The notes: a model not told the origin generated them from the letters alone. 56,835 bases of DNA from Halomicronema sp. (GCA_036704045.1 DATNQM010000011.1:1-56835), one strand, 5' to 3'. Counted from the first letter of the stretch, positions 39,793 through 50,900 are shown. Program-made: numbers and translations.

Positions 39793-40989
39793 TTAAAAAT
39801 TCCACTTCAAAATTACTCCAATAACTGCCGCAACTGCTACAATAATCGGTTCAGGTAGCTTATTTTTAAATTTAAAAAGCAAACCTAAAGTTACAGCGGC
39901 AATTAAAATTGTTGGAATATCTATTAAGGAACGCCGACCCAAGACAATTACAGCGCCGGTAATTGCGCCAATTGCAGCCGTAGTCACTCCATCTACAAAA
40001 GCTGCAATTCCTGGTAATTTGCCGTACTTTTTGAAATAAGGAGCAGGCAAAATGGTAAATAAATAACAGGGAAAAAAGGTTGCAAAGGCAGCTACACAAG
40101 CACCAGAAAATCCCGCGACTAAATAGCCAATAAAGGCCGTAGTAATGACCACCGGCCCTGGTGTAATCATTGCCACTGCGACAGCATCTAAGAATTGCTG
40201 AGTAGTTAACCAACCGTACTCTTTTACCACACCACCATAAAGAAAAGGAACAATTGCCAAACCGCTACCAAAAACAAAAGCACCGGCTTCAGCAAAAAAC
40301 CAAAAAATCTTCCATAAAGTGCCGGTGGTAGCAACTGGCGCTACAGCAAACAATGGCAAAATAGGCACAATACTAAGAGTATTTTTTTTACTCCACCATT
40401 TTTTCGGAGGTGCTTTCACTAACCAGACTAAAATTCCCGCAGCCAAAAATAATTTTACATCTTCGGTTTCTGTCACAATTGTACTAATTGCTGCGACTAA
40501 ATAAATTGCCCAAAGTAACCAATCTTTACCAATACTTTTACGGGTGAGACGGTAAGCACTAAAAGTAATAATGCCAATAACACTTGCCCCGACTCCATAA
40601 AAGACAGCTTGCATTCCAGCAATTCCTTCAAATTTTGTGTAAGCCCACCCCAGAGTAACTACCATTAAAAAAGATGGAATGACAAAGGCAAGCCCTACTA
40701 AAGTTGCGCCTAAAATACTGTAGTCTACATAACCAAGATATATTGCTAATTGTGCGGCTAATGGCCCTGGAGCAAGTTGAGAAAGGGCTAGTCCTTGGTT
40801 GTAGTCTTCTTCAGAAATCCACTTTTTTTTCTCCACTAAATCTCTGTGCATATAACCAACTAAAGCCACCGGCCCGCCAAAGCCAATAGTGCCTAATTTC
40901 AGGGTGTATAAAACCATTTCCCATAGGGTGTATGGTAATTTTTCTGTCGTGGTTGTTTCGTGATTTTCAGAAGGTGTTAATTCTGTCAT
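39793..40989 (-). CDS. chrA: chromate transporter
   Basis: Duplicated CHR domains (GFGGPVALVGYMHRDLVEKKKWI… and …GAFVFGSGLAIVPFLYGGVV…) in a 398-aa polytopic protein. Confidence 0.9.
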   Translation of the reverse strand: MTELTPSENHETTTTEKLPYTLWEMVLYTLKLGTIGFGGPVALVGYMHRDLVEKKKWISEEDYNQGLALSQLAPGPLAAQLAIYLGYVDYSILGATLVGLAFVIPSFLMVVTLGWAYTKFEGIAGMQAVFYGVGASVIGIITFSAYRLTRKSIGKDWLLWAIYLVAAISTIVTETEDVKLFLAAGILVWLVKAPPKKWWSKKNTLSIVPILPLFAVAPVATTGTLWKIFWFFAEAGAFVFGSGLAIVPFLYGGVVKEYGWLTTQQFLDAVAVAMITPGPVVITTAFIGYLVAGFSGACVAAFATFFPCYLFTILPAPYFKKYGKLPGIAAFVDGVTTAAIGAITGAVIVLGRRSLIDIPTILIAAVTLGLLFKFKNKLPEPIIVAVAAVIGVILKWNF

Positions 40990-41356
40990 AAGTTTTTATG
41001 TCTGTGTTGCCCAATACACACTTTTAGCTGACTTTAGTTATTTTTCATGAAAAAAATAACACTTATTTTTTATGAATGCAATATTACCATTTTTGCTTAA
41101 TTAGGATACTTTTGAGATTTTAGTTAAAAAATTTTTAAAGCAAATTTCTCCAGCCAAAGTTTTTGAGCTAATTATATTAAGCCAAATTCTAAAGAAGCTA
41201 GGTTTTTAAAAATCTTTTGATTACTTTAGCTAACTGCAAAGCCCTACAATTATGCGTAATAACTTTCTCCAAAATTGATAAGATGTTTGGGAATAGAATT
41301 AACCTATTTATAGTTAATTCTATTTTCTGAAAGTTTAAATAAACTAATTGTTATAG

Positions 41357-42235
41357 TTATTCCCAGCCTCTCACTCTTTGAGGTTGAATTTGTTGCGTTT
41401 GTCTCTCCGGTAAATTTTCTGATATTTTAGCAAGGGATAATTGCAAAGATTGAATTTTTTGCGGGTCAATGTTTTTTTCTAGTTCTTGTGCCAAGGTTTC
41501 TAGTTGGCTAATGAGGGGAATAAGTGTGTTAGTAATTTCTACACTATTGGACTGTTTTTGAAGCTTTTTAACTTGAAAAACTAAACGTTTAAGGAACGGT
41601 TTAATAATTTTTTGATTTTTTTGTTCTAGTTGCTGAATACGTCCTTCGAGTTGTTGAATTTGTAGTTGAATAGCCTCGTTTTGAGAGGTTGGAATTTCCG
41701 AATTAATTCCAGCAACGGGTAAAGTTTGGCGCAAAGTTTCAATTTCGTTTTGTAAACTATTGCGAATTTCGCTTAAATGTGCATTACTGCTATCTCGAAG
41801 ACGGAGAATAGCGCGCCGCAAAATGATAAATTCTTCTTGAATTTTTGCCTCGTTTAAGGTTGCATTTTGTTGCTCCATTTTTTCTTGTATTTGAGACCAC
41901 AATAAAGCTAATCTCACCATTGATTCTTCCATTTCTCGCAGGCGTTCTACGGCCGGTAGGCGACGCATTTGCACTCTGACCGATTCTACATCACTTCGTA
42001 ATTGACGCTCTACATAACTAATGGCAGCGTTAGTGTTTTTTGTATTGAGTTTAGTTTGGGCTTGTAGGCGTTGCCTGTTAATAAAATTTAACGAAAGTGC
42101 TAGGGTTAAAGGTGCGGCTGCAAACACTGCTTGGTTGAATAGGGCGGCACAGATTGTTCCTGCTGCTGAGGCAATCAAAGAAGCTGATTCTGCTATTTCG
42201 AGCCGGTTTAGTGGCTGGTTTTTGAGGTTGCTCAC
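41357..42235 (-). CDS. hypothetical membrane-anchored coiled-coil protein
   Basis: N-terminal hydrophobic segment followed by a Q/L/E-rich heptad region (IQQLEGRIQQLEQKNQ). Confidence 0.5.
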   Translation of the reverse strand: MSNLKNQPLNRLEIAESASLIASAAGTICAALFNQAVFAAAPLTLALSLNFINRQRLQAQTKLNTKNTNAAISYVERQLRSDVESVRVQMRRLPAVERLREMEESMVRLALLWSQIQEKMEQQNATLNEAKIQEEFIILRRAILRLRDSSNAHLSEIRNSLQNEIETLRQTLPVAGINSEIPTSQNEAIQLQIQQLEGRIQQLEQKNQKIIKPFLKRLVFQVKKLQKQSNSVEITNTLIPLISQLETLAQELEKNIDPQKIQSLQLSLAKISENLPERQTQQIQPQRVRGWE

Positions 42236-42589
42236 GGCGTTAAGGGGCTAGAGGTAGAGCATCATAGCTGTAGTTTAGTGCAATTTAGGCCGCCTCGCGT
42301 TTATTGAGCAAGTTGTTATGTGTTGTGACAGTTTCGCTGCTGTCTACGGGCTAGACAGTTATTTGTTGTCTGTTGATGTGGTATAAAAGCTTACGAGTCA
42401 AGGGTTTTAGGTTTTAATACTGATTTGGGCCTAGAGGCGGCAGTAAGAGTGGCACATTTTACTTACAGTAATCTTAGAATTTTTTTTAGCTTAGATACAG
42501 AAACAAAAAAGGTCAAGATTTAATTTATCTGAGACTTGTTTACAGTGTTGTGTCTATTTAATCCGCTAAATTTAGGAAAGGAGAAGGTC

Positions 42590-42802
42590 ATGTATAACAA
42601 CGATTATTTACCAATGTGTTCTGTAATTAATGATTTGGATGCTTTAATTTCGGAAATGGATAATAACCCTGCTTTGTCTCCTTGGGTGGTTCGTTTGGTT
42701 CTGAAGTCTATTAAGGATAAAGCAAAAAAAATGGCCACTGGAGAAGAAGAAGCTTTGCTTTATTTTGAGGAAGATTTTAATATTAAGGCTTTACTAAATT
42801 AA
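42590..42802 (+). CDS. small hypothetical protein (70 aa)
   Basis: ATG preceded by AGGAGAAGG, and the only substantial ORF in this gap. ORF-track entry 42536..42802 with an internal ATG chosen. Confidence 0.35.
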   Translation: MYNNDYLPMCSVINDLDALISEMDNNPALSPWVVRLVLKSIKDKAKKMATGEEEALLYFEEDFNIKALLN

Positions 42803-42900
42803 TATCAAGTTTTCCAGTGTGGAGATGGTTTTTTTCTCTACTCTGGATATAAAAATATCGCAAATTTTGATTTGCACAATTTGTTTTAGTTTGACAACAC

Positions 42901-43017
42901 TAGACCTCTTGCACCCCCCTTAATCCCCCCTTGCACCCCACCCGTTCCCTCCCTAAGAAGAAGGGGAGGGCTGGGGTGAGGTCAGAAATATTTTCGCGCA
43001 TAGGTCTACTTTTTTAG
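42901..43017. repeat. MITE-like ~117-bp palindromic unit with 7-bp termini TAGACCT…AGGTCTA and internal C-tract/G-tract hairpins
   Basis: CCCTCCC-taagaagaa-GGGGAGGG hairpin and CCCCCCTTAATCCCCCC related to the C6/G6 repeat family at 53.8-55.4 kb. Confidence 0.4.
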
Positions 43018-43036
43018 CACTAAAAGATTAGTTAGA

Positions 43037-43489
43037 TTAGGCGATTTTGTTGGAAATTTTGCTACTTTTTGTGGTTTTTTGTTTGGCTGTGTTTAAGTTT
43101 TTTTGATATTCGGCAAGTTTTTTCTTAATTTCTGCTTTTTTGGGATGATCTGCCGGGGCTTGTTTCATTAGTGCAATGGCTTCTTCCCACCGGCTGACTA
43201 CGAGTTTCCAGTCATCAGGAGTTGCAGATGACTGGGAGAGACTTGTGGCGCTGGCGGCTTTGTCTTCTGCGAGTTCAAAGGGGTCTTTCCCTGGGGGGAA
43301 GGTGATGGCTGGGGTGGTTGGTTTTGCTGGGGTTGCCGGTTTTGCTGGGGCGGCTGGGGCGGCTGGAGTTGCCGGTTTGGCTGCTTGAGGCGTTGGGGCC
43401 GGTGGGGGTGGGGTTTCGCCTCCGCAGCCGCTTAGGGTGGCTAAAAGTAAAACTAGGGGTAGGAAAAGGCTGGTTTTTTTGGTTTTCAT
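43037..43489 (-). CDS. lipoprotein with a Pro/Ala/Thr-rich linker
   Basis: Signal peptide with the lipobox LSGC, a PATPAAPAAPAKPATPAKPTTPA low-complexity linker, and a short C-terminal helical domain. Confidence 0.6.
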   Translation of the reverse strand: MKTKKTSLFLPLVLLLATLSGCGGETPPPPAPTPQAAKPATPAAPAAPAKPATPAKPTTPAITFPPGKDPFELAEDKAASATSLSQSSATPDDWKLVVSRWEEAIALMKQAPADHPKKAEIKKKLAEYQKNLNTAKQKTTKSSKISNKIA

Positions 43490-43575
43490 TGGTGCTTTAA
43501 AAGGCTTTTTTTGTGTTTGACGATCAATAGTAGTTTTTTAATCTGAAATTATCTTACAACTTTAGGGTTTGTGTC

Positions 43576-46500
43576 TTGATTCTTTTAAAACTGCTATTAC
43601 AATCAAAGTTAAAGAAATATTTCCGGGTTTGGGCCATGAAACGGATCGTCTTGATTGCTGGGTTTGAAACATTCAATGCAGACTTATACCGCAAAGCTGC
43701 ACAGATGGCGAGTTCTGGCTGTTTTGATTTAGATATTTGCATATTTAGCGATAAAGATATTTCTAGTCAACCGGCTACTATTGCTTCTGCATTGCAAAAT
43801 GCTGATGTGTTTTTTGCTAGTTTAATTTTTGATTATGACCAGGTTTTATGGTTGCGAGAAAAGGTAAAAAATATTCCTATTCGTTTAGTGTTTGAGTCGG
43901 CTTTAGAGTTGATGAGTTTAACGCAAATTGGGGCTTTTAAAATTGGTGATAAACCGAAGGGTATGCCGAAGCCGGTGAAGTTTATTTTAGATAAATTTGG
44001 TAATGGAAAAGAGGAAGATAAGCTGGCGGGGTATATTAGTTTTTTGAAAATTGGGCCGAAGTTGCTTAAATATGTGCCGGTGCAAAAAGTCCAAGATTTA
44101 CGAAATTGGTTAATTATTTATGGTTATTGGAATGCCGGTGGTGTAGAAAATGTAGCGGCGATGTTTTGGTTTTTGGCGGAAAGATATCTTGGTTTAAAGG
44201 TTGGGGAAATACCAACTGTAATTGAAACGCCTAATATGGGATTATTACATCCAAATTATAATGGTTATTTTGAATCTCCTCACGCTTATTTGGAATGGTA
44301 TCAAAAAAATCAAGAAAAAAAGCAAAATCCGACAGTGGGAATTTTGCTTTATCGCAAACACGTTATTACAAAACAAAGTTATATTTGGCAATTAATTAGA
44401 TATTTTGAAGAGGCGGGTTTAACTCCTTTGCCTATATTTATTAATGGTGTTGAAGGTCATGTGGCGGTGAGAGATTGGATGACCACAACCTATGAAATTG
44501 AACAACGTCAAAGGGGGAATATTGAAACACCGTCTCTTTCAAAAGATGCAGTTAAAGTTGATGCAATTGTTTCTACGATTGGGTTTCCGTTGGTAGGAGG
44601 GCCGGCCGGTTCAATGGAAGCTGGCCGACAAATTGAGGTTGCTAAACGTATTTTATCTACAAAAAATGTTCCTTATTTTGTGGCAGCGCCCTTATTAATT
44701 CAAGATATCCATTCATGGACTCGTCAAGGCATTGGTGGTTTACAAAGTGTGGTTTTATATGCTTTACCAGAATTGGATGGTGCCATTGACACTATTCCAT
44801 TAGGAGGTTTAGTAGGAGAAGATATTTATTTAATTCCTGAACGAGTTAAACGTTTAACAGGACGCTTAAAAAGTTGGATTAATTTACGCCAAACAGCGCC
44901 AGAAAATCGTAAAATTGCTGTTATGTTATATGGCTTTCCTCCTGGGTATGGGGCCACCGGCACCGCAGCTTTATTAAATGTGCCTCGTTCCTTAATTAAT
45001 TTCTTAAAAGCCCTCAAAAAACAAGGTTATAACGTGGGAGAATTTCCAGAAGACGGTGAGGAAATTATTCGTTTAGTAAAACAAGCAGATGAAGAAATAG
45101 AAGAACCGGGAAAAGTCAATTCACAAACCTTAGAAAAATGGTTAGGCTATCTATTAACTAACCGCATTGAAAAACAATGGAAATCTTTAACCAAAACCGC
45201 TATCAAAACTAACGGCGATGAATATCAAATTGGCGGCATAGAGTTAGGAAATGTTTGGATAGGTGTACAACCGCCTTTGGGAATTTCTGGCGACCCTATG
45301 CGGTTAATGTTTGAAAGAGATATGACGCCTCATCCCCAATATGCAGCCTTTTATAAATGGCTACAAAATGAATATCAACCCCATGCAGTTGTGCATTTTG
45401 GAATGCACGGAACTGTTGAATGGTTGCCCGGATCTCCGCTTGGTAACACCGGCTATTCTTGGTCAGATATTTTATTAGGAAATATGCCAAATTTATATAT
45501 TTATGCCGCTAATAATCCTTCAGAATCAATTTTAGCTAAACGGCGGGGTTATGGCTTATTAATTTCCCATAATGTGCCGCCCTATGGTCGGGCCGGTCTT
45601 TATAAAGAATTAATGATTTTACGAGACTTAATTGCAGAATATAGGGAAGATCCACAAAAAAATTCGGCGTTGCAAGAAGCTATTTGTAAGAAAATTGTCG
45701 ATACCGGTTTAGATACAGACTGTGCTTTTGAAGAAGCCAAAAAATTAGGTATTACTTTTTCGCCAGAAAATGCCAGAATGTTCAGCAAAGATGCCCTAAA
45801 TCATTATTTTGTCAAAGTTTATGAATACTTACAAATTGTTGAACAGCGTTTATTTTCTTCTGGGTTGCATACCTTTGGAGAATGCCCAACAGATGAACAA
45901 ATAACATCTTATTTAGATGCTTACTTTGGAGAAAACGCAGTTGTTAATGAAGAAGCCGAACAAATTAAAAAATTATTAATGCAAACAACTGATGAATTAA
46001 CTAACCTTTTACGCGGTTTAAATGGCGAATATATCCCCCCAGCCCCCGGTGGAGACTTGTTAAGAGATGGCCCCGGAGTCTTGCCCACCGGCCGCAATAT
46101 TCACGCCTTAGATCCCTATCGAATGCCATCACCAGCAGCCTATGAAAGAGGTAGAGAAATTGCGAAAAAACTCATTTTTCAACACTTAGAAGAAACCGCT
46201 GCATATCCTGAAACTATCGCTGTCATGTTGTGGGGTTTAGATGCTATTAAAACCAAAGGAGAATCGTTAGGAATTTTATTAGAATTGGTAGGGGCTGAAC
46301 CTGTAAAAGAAGGAACCGGCCGTATCGTTCGCTATGAACTAAAACCCCTCCCGGAAGTAGGACATCCTCGCATTGATGTCTTAGCTAATTTGTCAGGAAT
46401 TTTCCGTGATAGTTTTGTCAATATTATTGAATTATTGGATGATTTGTTTTTGCGGGCATCCGAAATTAATGAACCAGAAAATCAAAACTTTATCCGCAAA

Positions 46501-47265
46501 CACGCTTTACAATTAAAAAATCAAGGTGTAGAAAATGTTTCCGCGCGCTTATTTTCTAACCCAGCAGGTGATTTTGGTTCCCTTGTTAATGACCAAGTAG
46601 TTGATAGTAGTTGGGAAAATGGCGAAGAATTAGCAGATACTTGGCGCAGTCGCAATGTATTTAGTTATGGCCGTAAAGATAAAGGCACAGCCCGTCCAGA
46701 CATCTTAAATCAACTATTAGAAACCAGTGAAAGAATCGTTCAAGAAATTGATTCTGTAGAATATGGTTTAACAGATATTCAAGAATATTATGCCAACACC
46801 GGCGCCCTCAAAAAAGCAGCCGAAAAACAAAGCGGTAAAAAAGTTAAAGCCAGTTTTGTTGAAAGTTTTTCTAATGACACCACACCCCGTCAATTAGAAG
46901 AGGTATTAAGAATGGAATATCGTAGCAAATTACTTAACCCTAAATGGGCAGAAGCAATGGCAAATCAAGGAAGTGGTGGTGCCTACGAAATATCCCAACG
47001 TATGACAGCATTGATCGGATGGGGTGGAACAGTAGATTTTACCGATAATTGGGTTTATGAACAAGCAGCAAATACCTATGCTTTTGATACAGAAATGGCA
47101 AAAAAAATCCAGCAAGCAAACCCCGAAGCCTTCCGTAATATTCTGGCCAGAATGTTAGAAGCAAATGGACGTGGTTTTTGGCAAGCCGACGAAGAAAAAT
47201 TAAACAAACTACGCAAATTGTATGATAGTATAGATGATAAAATTGAAGGCGTAACGTTAAATTAA
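43576..47265 (+). CDS. cobN: CobN-family chelatase large subunit (cobaltochelatase CobN-like), probable start at ATG 43636
   Basis: ~1200 aa of the CobN/Mg-chelatase-H family (ASLIFDYDQV…, NLYIYAANNPSE, GRAGLYKEL). The size and absence of a ChlH-specific N-terminal extension favour CobN. Confidence 0.75.
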   Translation: MILLKLLLQSKLKKYFRVWAMKRIVLIAGFETFNADLYRKAAQMASSGCFDLDICIFSDKDISSQPATIASALQNADVFFASLIFDYDQVLWLREKVKNIPIRLVFESALELMSLTQIGAFKIGDKPKGMPKPVKFILDKFGNGKEEDKLAGYISFLKIGPKLLKYVPVQKVQDLRNWLIIYGYWNAGGVENVAAMFWFLAERYLGLKVGEIPTVIETPNMGLLHPNYNGYFESPHAYLEWYQKNQEKKQNPTVGILLYRKHVITKQSYIWQLIRYFEEAGLTPLPIFINGVEGHVAVRDWMTTTYEIEQRQRGNIETPSLSKDAVKVDAIVSTIGFPLVGGPAGSMEAGRQIEVAKRILSTKNVPYFVAAPLLIQDIHSWTRQGIGGLQSVVLYALPELDGAIDTIPLGGLVGEDIYLIPERVKRLTGRLKSWINLRQTAPENRKIAVMLYGFPPGYGATGTAALLNVPRSLINFLKALKKQGYNVGEFPEDGEEIIRLVKQADEEIEEPGKVNSQTLEKWLGYLLTNRIEKQWKSLTKTAIKTNGDEYQIGGIELGNVWIGVQPPLGISGDPMRLMFERDMTPHPQYAAFYKWLQNEYQPHAVVHFGMHGTVEWLPGSPLGNTGYSWSDILLGNMPNLYIYAANNPSESILAKRRGYGLLISHNVPPYGRAGLYKELMILRDLIAEYREDPQKNSALQEAICKKIVDTGLDTDCAFEEAKKLGITFSPENARMFSKDALNHYFVKVYEYLQIVEQRLFSSGLHTFGECPTDEQITSYLDAYFGENAVVNEEAEQIKKLLMQTTDELTNLLRGLNGEYIPPAPGGDLLRDGPGVLPTGRNIHALDPYRMPSPAAYERGREIAKKLIFQHLEETAAYPETIAVMLWGLDAIKTKGESLGILLELVGAEPVKEGTGRIVRYELKPLPEVGHPRIDVLANLSGIFRDSFVNIIELLDDLFLRASEINEPENQNFIRKHALQLKNQGVENVSARLFSNPAGDFGSLVNDQVVDSSWENGEELADTWRSRNVFSYGRKDKGTARPDILNQLLETSERIVQEIDSVEYGLTDIQEYYANTGALKKAAEKQSGKKVKASFVESFSNDTTPRQLEEVLRMEYRSKLLNPKWAEAMANQGSGGAYEISQRMTALIGWGGTVDFTDNWVYEQAANTYAFDTEMAKKIQQANPEAFRNILARMLEANGRGFWQADEEKLNKLRKLYDSIDDKIEGVTLN

Positions 47266-47277
47266 AACAACATAAAA

Positions 47278-47616
47278 ATGGATTACAAAACCGCTCGTAA
47301 CTTCCTCATCGACCAAGGAACTGCTTTAATAACTCAAAAAAATCCTGATGCTTTTCTGCTATTACTTAAAAACAAAAAAATACCTATTCCTGGCCAAATG
47401 ACCTCCCTTTTACTCGCCCTAAAACTTATTCAAGATACCCTAGTTGAAGAAACCACAATAGATAGAACCCTGGGCGGTGCCATCTATTTATTAGCCATAG
47501 AAAGTTATAGACTATTTGAAGAAGGAAAACGGGCCGGTGTTGATTGGCCTCCCCTTTTAAAAGAAGACCTCAAACGCCTTTCTGATACCGTTGCTGAAAT
47601 CTTTTTAGGCAATTAA
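47278..47616 (+). CDS. hypothetical protein (112 aa), probably co-transcribed with cobN
   Basis: Starts 12 nt after the cobN stop. No domain recognised. Confidence 0.45.
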   Translation: MDYKTARNFLIDQGTALITQKNPDAFLLLLKNKKIPIPGQMTSLLLALKLIQDTLVEETTIDRTLGGAIYLLAIESYRLFEEGKRAGVDWPPLLKEDLKRLSDTVAEIFLGN

Positions 47617-47698
47617 CTATGACTCTTTTTTTAACCTAATTTCTCTAGGGTAAAGTGGCATTTAATCTTTAACTTTCAACACCTAATTTTCAACTACC

Positions 47699-48565
47699 AT
47701 GATTACAGGAAAAACACAACTTTTAGGCATAATTGGCAACCCGGTTGAACACTCGCTTTCACCCGTCATGCACAATGCAGCCATCGCCGAATTAGGCGTT
47801 AATTATGTTTATATTCCCATGCCAGTTAAACCCGAAAATTTAGCCGATGCTATTAAGGGATTTTCTGCCATTAATCTAGCCGGTTTTAACATCACAATTC
47901 CCCATAAACAAGCCATATTACCTTTTTTATCCGAAGTTTCACCCGCTGCAAAAGCAGTCGGGGCAGTTAATACAGTTTGGAAAACTTCTAACGGTTGGGC
48001 CGGCACTAATACCGATGTAGAAGGTTTCCTTGCCCCCCTCAAAACCTATGACTATAACTGGCAACAAACCTCCGCAATTGTATTAGGAATTGGCGGCGCA
48101 GCGCGTGCCGTAGTGGCCGGTTTATCTCAATTAGGCATAGCCGAAATTCACTGCATAGGAAGAGATGCCAATAAACTTGAAACCTTTAAAGAAAGCTGGC
48201 AAAATATACCCCTATCAACTAACTTAATTACTCATCCTTGGGAACAATTAAAATCTTTAATTCCTAACTGTGGTTTAGTTGTAAATACCACTCCCGTCGG
48301 AATGTATCCAAAAATTGAAGAAATCCCCCTTACTCCTGAAATAATACAATTATTAAAACCTAATACCATTGCCTACGACTTAATCTACACACCTAATCCC
48401 ACAAAGTTTTTAAAAACCGCAAAACAAGCCGGTGCTATTCCCATAGACGGCTTAGAAATGCTTGTGCAACAAGGTGCAGCAGCCCTACAAATTTGGTTAA
48501 AACAATCAGTGTCCGTAGACACAATGCGCGCTTCTTTAAAAATTGCCCTTGGCTTAAAAAATTAA
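47699..48565 (+). CDS. aroE: shikimate 5-dehydrogenase
   Basis: LLGIIGNPVEHSLSPVMHNAA N-terminal substrate site and a GGAARAV NADP Rossmann motif. Confidence 0.9.
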   Translation: MITGKTQLLGIIGNPVEHSLSPVMHNAAIAELGVNYVYIPMPVKPENLADAIKGFSAINLAGFNITIPHKQAILPFLSEVSPAAKAVGAVNTVWKTSNGWAGTNTDVEGFLAPLKTYDYNWQQTSAIVLGIGGAARAVVAGLSQLGIAEIHCIGRDANKLETFKESWQNIPLSTNLITHPWEQLKSLIPNCGLVVNTTPVGMYPKIEEIPLTPEIIQLLKPNTIAYDLIYTPNPTKFLKTAKQAGAIPIDGLEMLVQQGAAALQIWLKQSVSVDTMRASLKIALGLKN

Positions 48566-48723
48566 ATTTAGACTTGGTTATGTCCAACATTTAGAAGTAA
48601 AAATTTCCCTCTGATCATCAAAAAATTATTTCTAAATGTGTCCTCAACCCCCATAGAGGACTATAACAAGGTTAAATAGTAGAATAATCCCAAAACTTGT
48701 TTAAATTTTAAGGAGTTCAATCC

Positions 48724-49158
48724 GTGTACAAATTGATTCGACAGATATTTACCCTTAGCATTGTTTCTGTGATATTGCTAATAGGCTTTTGTACCAACCC
48801 CGCCCTAGCTTTAACCCAAATTCAACTCACAAATATTTCCTACAAAGAATGCCCTGCCGAAATGGCAAAAGGCAGCGTTACCAGTGGCGACATCACCCCA
48901 GCCAACTGCTTTTTAATCACAGGTACCGCCGTAAACCCCACCGGCAAAAGCGTCTTTGATGCAGATGTTTTTGGTCGTATTTATGACGCCAACAACGACA
49001 ACGTAATGCCAAACCGTACCCGCATTGGCAACCTCGAAGAAATTCCCCCTGGCGAAAGTTCTTTTGAATTCAGAATTTCTGTACCGGCAAACCAACCAAC
49101 CCCCTTAAAACTCGAAAAACTAAAAGCAGCCGGTTTTACTCGTCAAGTCCGCCGGTAA
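48724..49158 (+). CDS. secreted hypothetical protein (GTG start)
   Basis: Signal peptide ending ALALT; no domain recognised. Confidence 0.5.
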   Translation: MYKLIRQIFTLSIVSVILLIGFCTNPALALTQIQLTNISYKECPAEMAKGSVTSGDITPANCFLITGTAVNPTGKSVFDADVFGRIYDANNDNVMPNRTRIGNLEEIPPGESSFEFRISVPANQPTPLKLEKLKAAGFTRQVRR

Positions 49159-49260
49159 TAGTTATCTTTCATAAAAATACACAAACCCGACTTCTTTAAA
49201 GAAACCGGGTTTGTAAAAATTGTCGCCAAAAGCAACTGCTGATTTTTAATAACCTTTACC

Positions 49261-49557
49261 CTAAAAACCGGCCGTTGGAAATGATAACAAAGCAGGAATT
49301 TGACCAAGCACAGATTGAAGTACATTCAGCAAAATAAATGCCAAAAAAGGAGAAAAATCTAACCCACCAATAGGGGGAATAAGCGAACGAAAAAGATTCA
49401 AATAAGGGTCAGTTAACTGACTCAAAATTGAAAAAGGTGGATTGGAAAAATCGATATTCGGAAACCAACTCAAAAGAATACGCACCACCAGAAGGACGTT
49501 GTAAATCGCCAAAAACTGGATAAGGGCGTTAACCAATAAAAGAACAGCAGAATTCAT
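49261..49557 (-). CDS. YggT-family membrane protein (Ycf19)
   Basis: YggT signature LVVRILLSWFP…PYLNLFRSLIPPIGGLDFSPFLA. Confidence 0.8.
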   Translation of the reverse strand: MNSAVLLLVNALIQFLAIYNVLLVVRILLSWFPNIDFSNPPFSILSQLTDPYLNLFRSLIPPIGGLDFSPFLAFILLNVLQSVLGQIPALLSFPTAGF

Positions 49558-49682
49558 AGACTTTAACTTTTTGTTTCCAAAAGTGAACAGGCACTAAAAA
49601 CCTTGCCTTAGTTTAATCTATTGCGGCGGCTCCTACAGATCGGCTTCGCCCTACCATAGGTGATCGGCAAACCACCCCTTTG

Positions 49683-50009
49683 CTAAATATCTTCAGCCGG
49701 CAAGCGTTCAGTTTCCATTCCCCCACTGCCATTCACACTTTGTAAGCCGTGACGAACATCATCAATAGCATCATTCAGTTGAGCAATTTTATCTTCCAAG
49801 CTCCGCCGCGCCGACTCCATGCTATCGTCTTTAAACTGCCGAGTTTTTCCGCGCATTGTTTGACGTTCCATTCGGGGATTTAAACGGCCATCATCGCCCG
49901 CAGTACCAAGAGTGCGACGCGACAGCACAACCCCCAAAACACCACCAACTACACCGCCAAAAACTGCCCCGGCAATAAACCCACCCGCAAAACCATCTTT
50001 ATTACTCAT
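49683..50009 (-). CDS. YtxH-like (DUF948-type) small membrane protein
   Basis: N-terminal glycine-zipper helix GFAGGFIAGAVFGGVVGGVLGVVL followed by a charged helical tail. Confidence 0.45.
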   Translation of the reverse strand: MSNKDGFAGGFIAGAVFGGVVGGVLGVVLSRRTLGTAGDDGRLNPRMERQTMRGKTRQFKDDSMESARRSLEDKIAQLNDAIDDVRHGLQSVNGSGGMETERLPAEDI

Positions 50010-50150
50010 CGTTTACCCTCAAAAACAAACCTCAATTTCAGCCTAACTCAAAATTATCCCCAGCCCCTTTCCCTATGTAGGGGCAATTCCCCTGTGGTTG
50101 GCTACCAGCGAGGAGCTCAGCAGGGGCATTTGACGCAGAAAAGTTAAATT

Positions 50151-50801
50151 TTAAGTTCCAAATGTTCTATCACCAGCATCGCCCAAACCAGGCACGATAA
50201 AGCCTTGTTCATTGACATTTTCATCAATGGTTGCTGTATAAATATTCAAACTTGGATAAGCCACACTCAACTTTTGCAGAGCCGGTGGCGCTACTACCAC
50301 CGAAATAATCCGCACCAAAGCCGGATCAACTCCCCGTTTCGTCAACTCTGCCATCACTGCCATAATTGTGCCACCAGTAGCCAGCATCGGCTCACTAATC
50401 AGTACCCGTGTCTGGGGGGCAAATTCTTCTGGCAATTTATTCAAATAACAGCTAACTTCTAGGGTTTCTTCATTTCGCACCATGCCAACGTGATAAATTC
50501 CCGCCAATGGTAAAACCGCCTGAGCCCCTTCTAGGAGGGCTAAACCGGCCCGTAAAATCGGCACCACCACCACCGGCACCTCCGGCGAAATCATCTCTGC
50601 TGGGCAAGGAGCCAAAGGCGTTTGGACGGCTGTTTGCTCTGTTGGCAACCAATCTCTACTAGCTTCATAGGTCAACCACCGGCCCAACTCCGTCATTGCA
50701 CTCCGAAACAAAGGTGTCGGTGTCAGCGCATCGCGGGCCACAGCCAGCCAGTGCTTAATCAACGGATGGGGAGGAACGTAGACCCGCATTTGAATACTCA
50801 T
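50151..50801 (-). CDS. upp: uracil phosphoribosyltransferase
   Basis: PRPP-binding VLISEPMLATGGT motif and C-terminal uracil-binding YIVPGLGDAGDR-like motif (here FIVPGLGDAGDR). Confidence 0.9.
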   Translation of the reverse strand: MSIQMRVYVPPHPLIKHWLAVARDALTPTPLFRSAMTELGRWLTYEASRDWLPTEQTAVQTPLAPCPAEMISPEVPVVVVPILRAGLALLEGAQAVLPLAGIYHVGMVRNEETLEVSCYLNKLPEEFAPQTRVLISEPMLATGGTIMAVMAELTKRGVDPALVRIISVVVAPPALQKLSVAYPSLNIYTATIDENVNEQGFIVPGLGDAGDRTFGT

Positions 50802-50900
50802 ACCAACTAAGTCACCGCGCGTGATACAGACGTGAATATCATACCTCGCCTACTCCCCTCTAGTGCCGCCTTCGCTTCTTGAAAATTTTTTCCAAGAGTA

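Noticed and set aside
43576-47265. Mg-chelatase H subunit (ChlH) as an alternative to CobN
   Set aside because: ChlH is ~100 aa longer with a distinct N-terminus (as I recall it). This protein's size and N-terminal region fit CobN better. The two are homologous, so the call stays at family level with moderate confidence.
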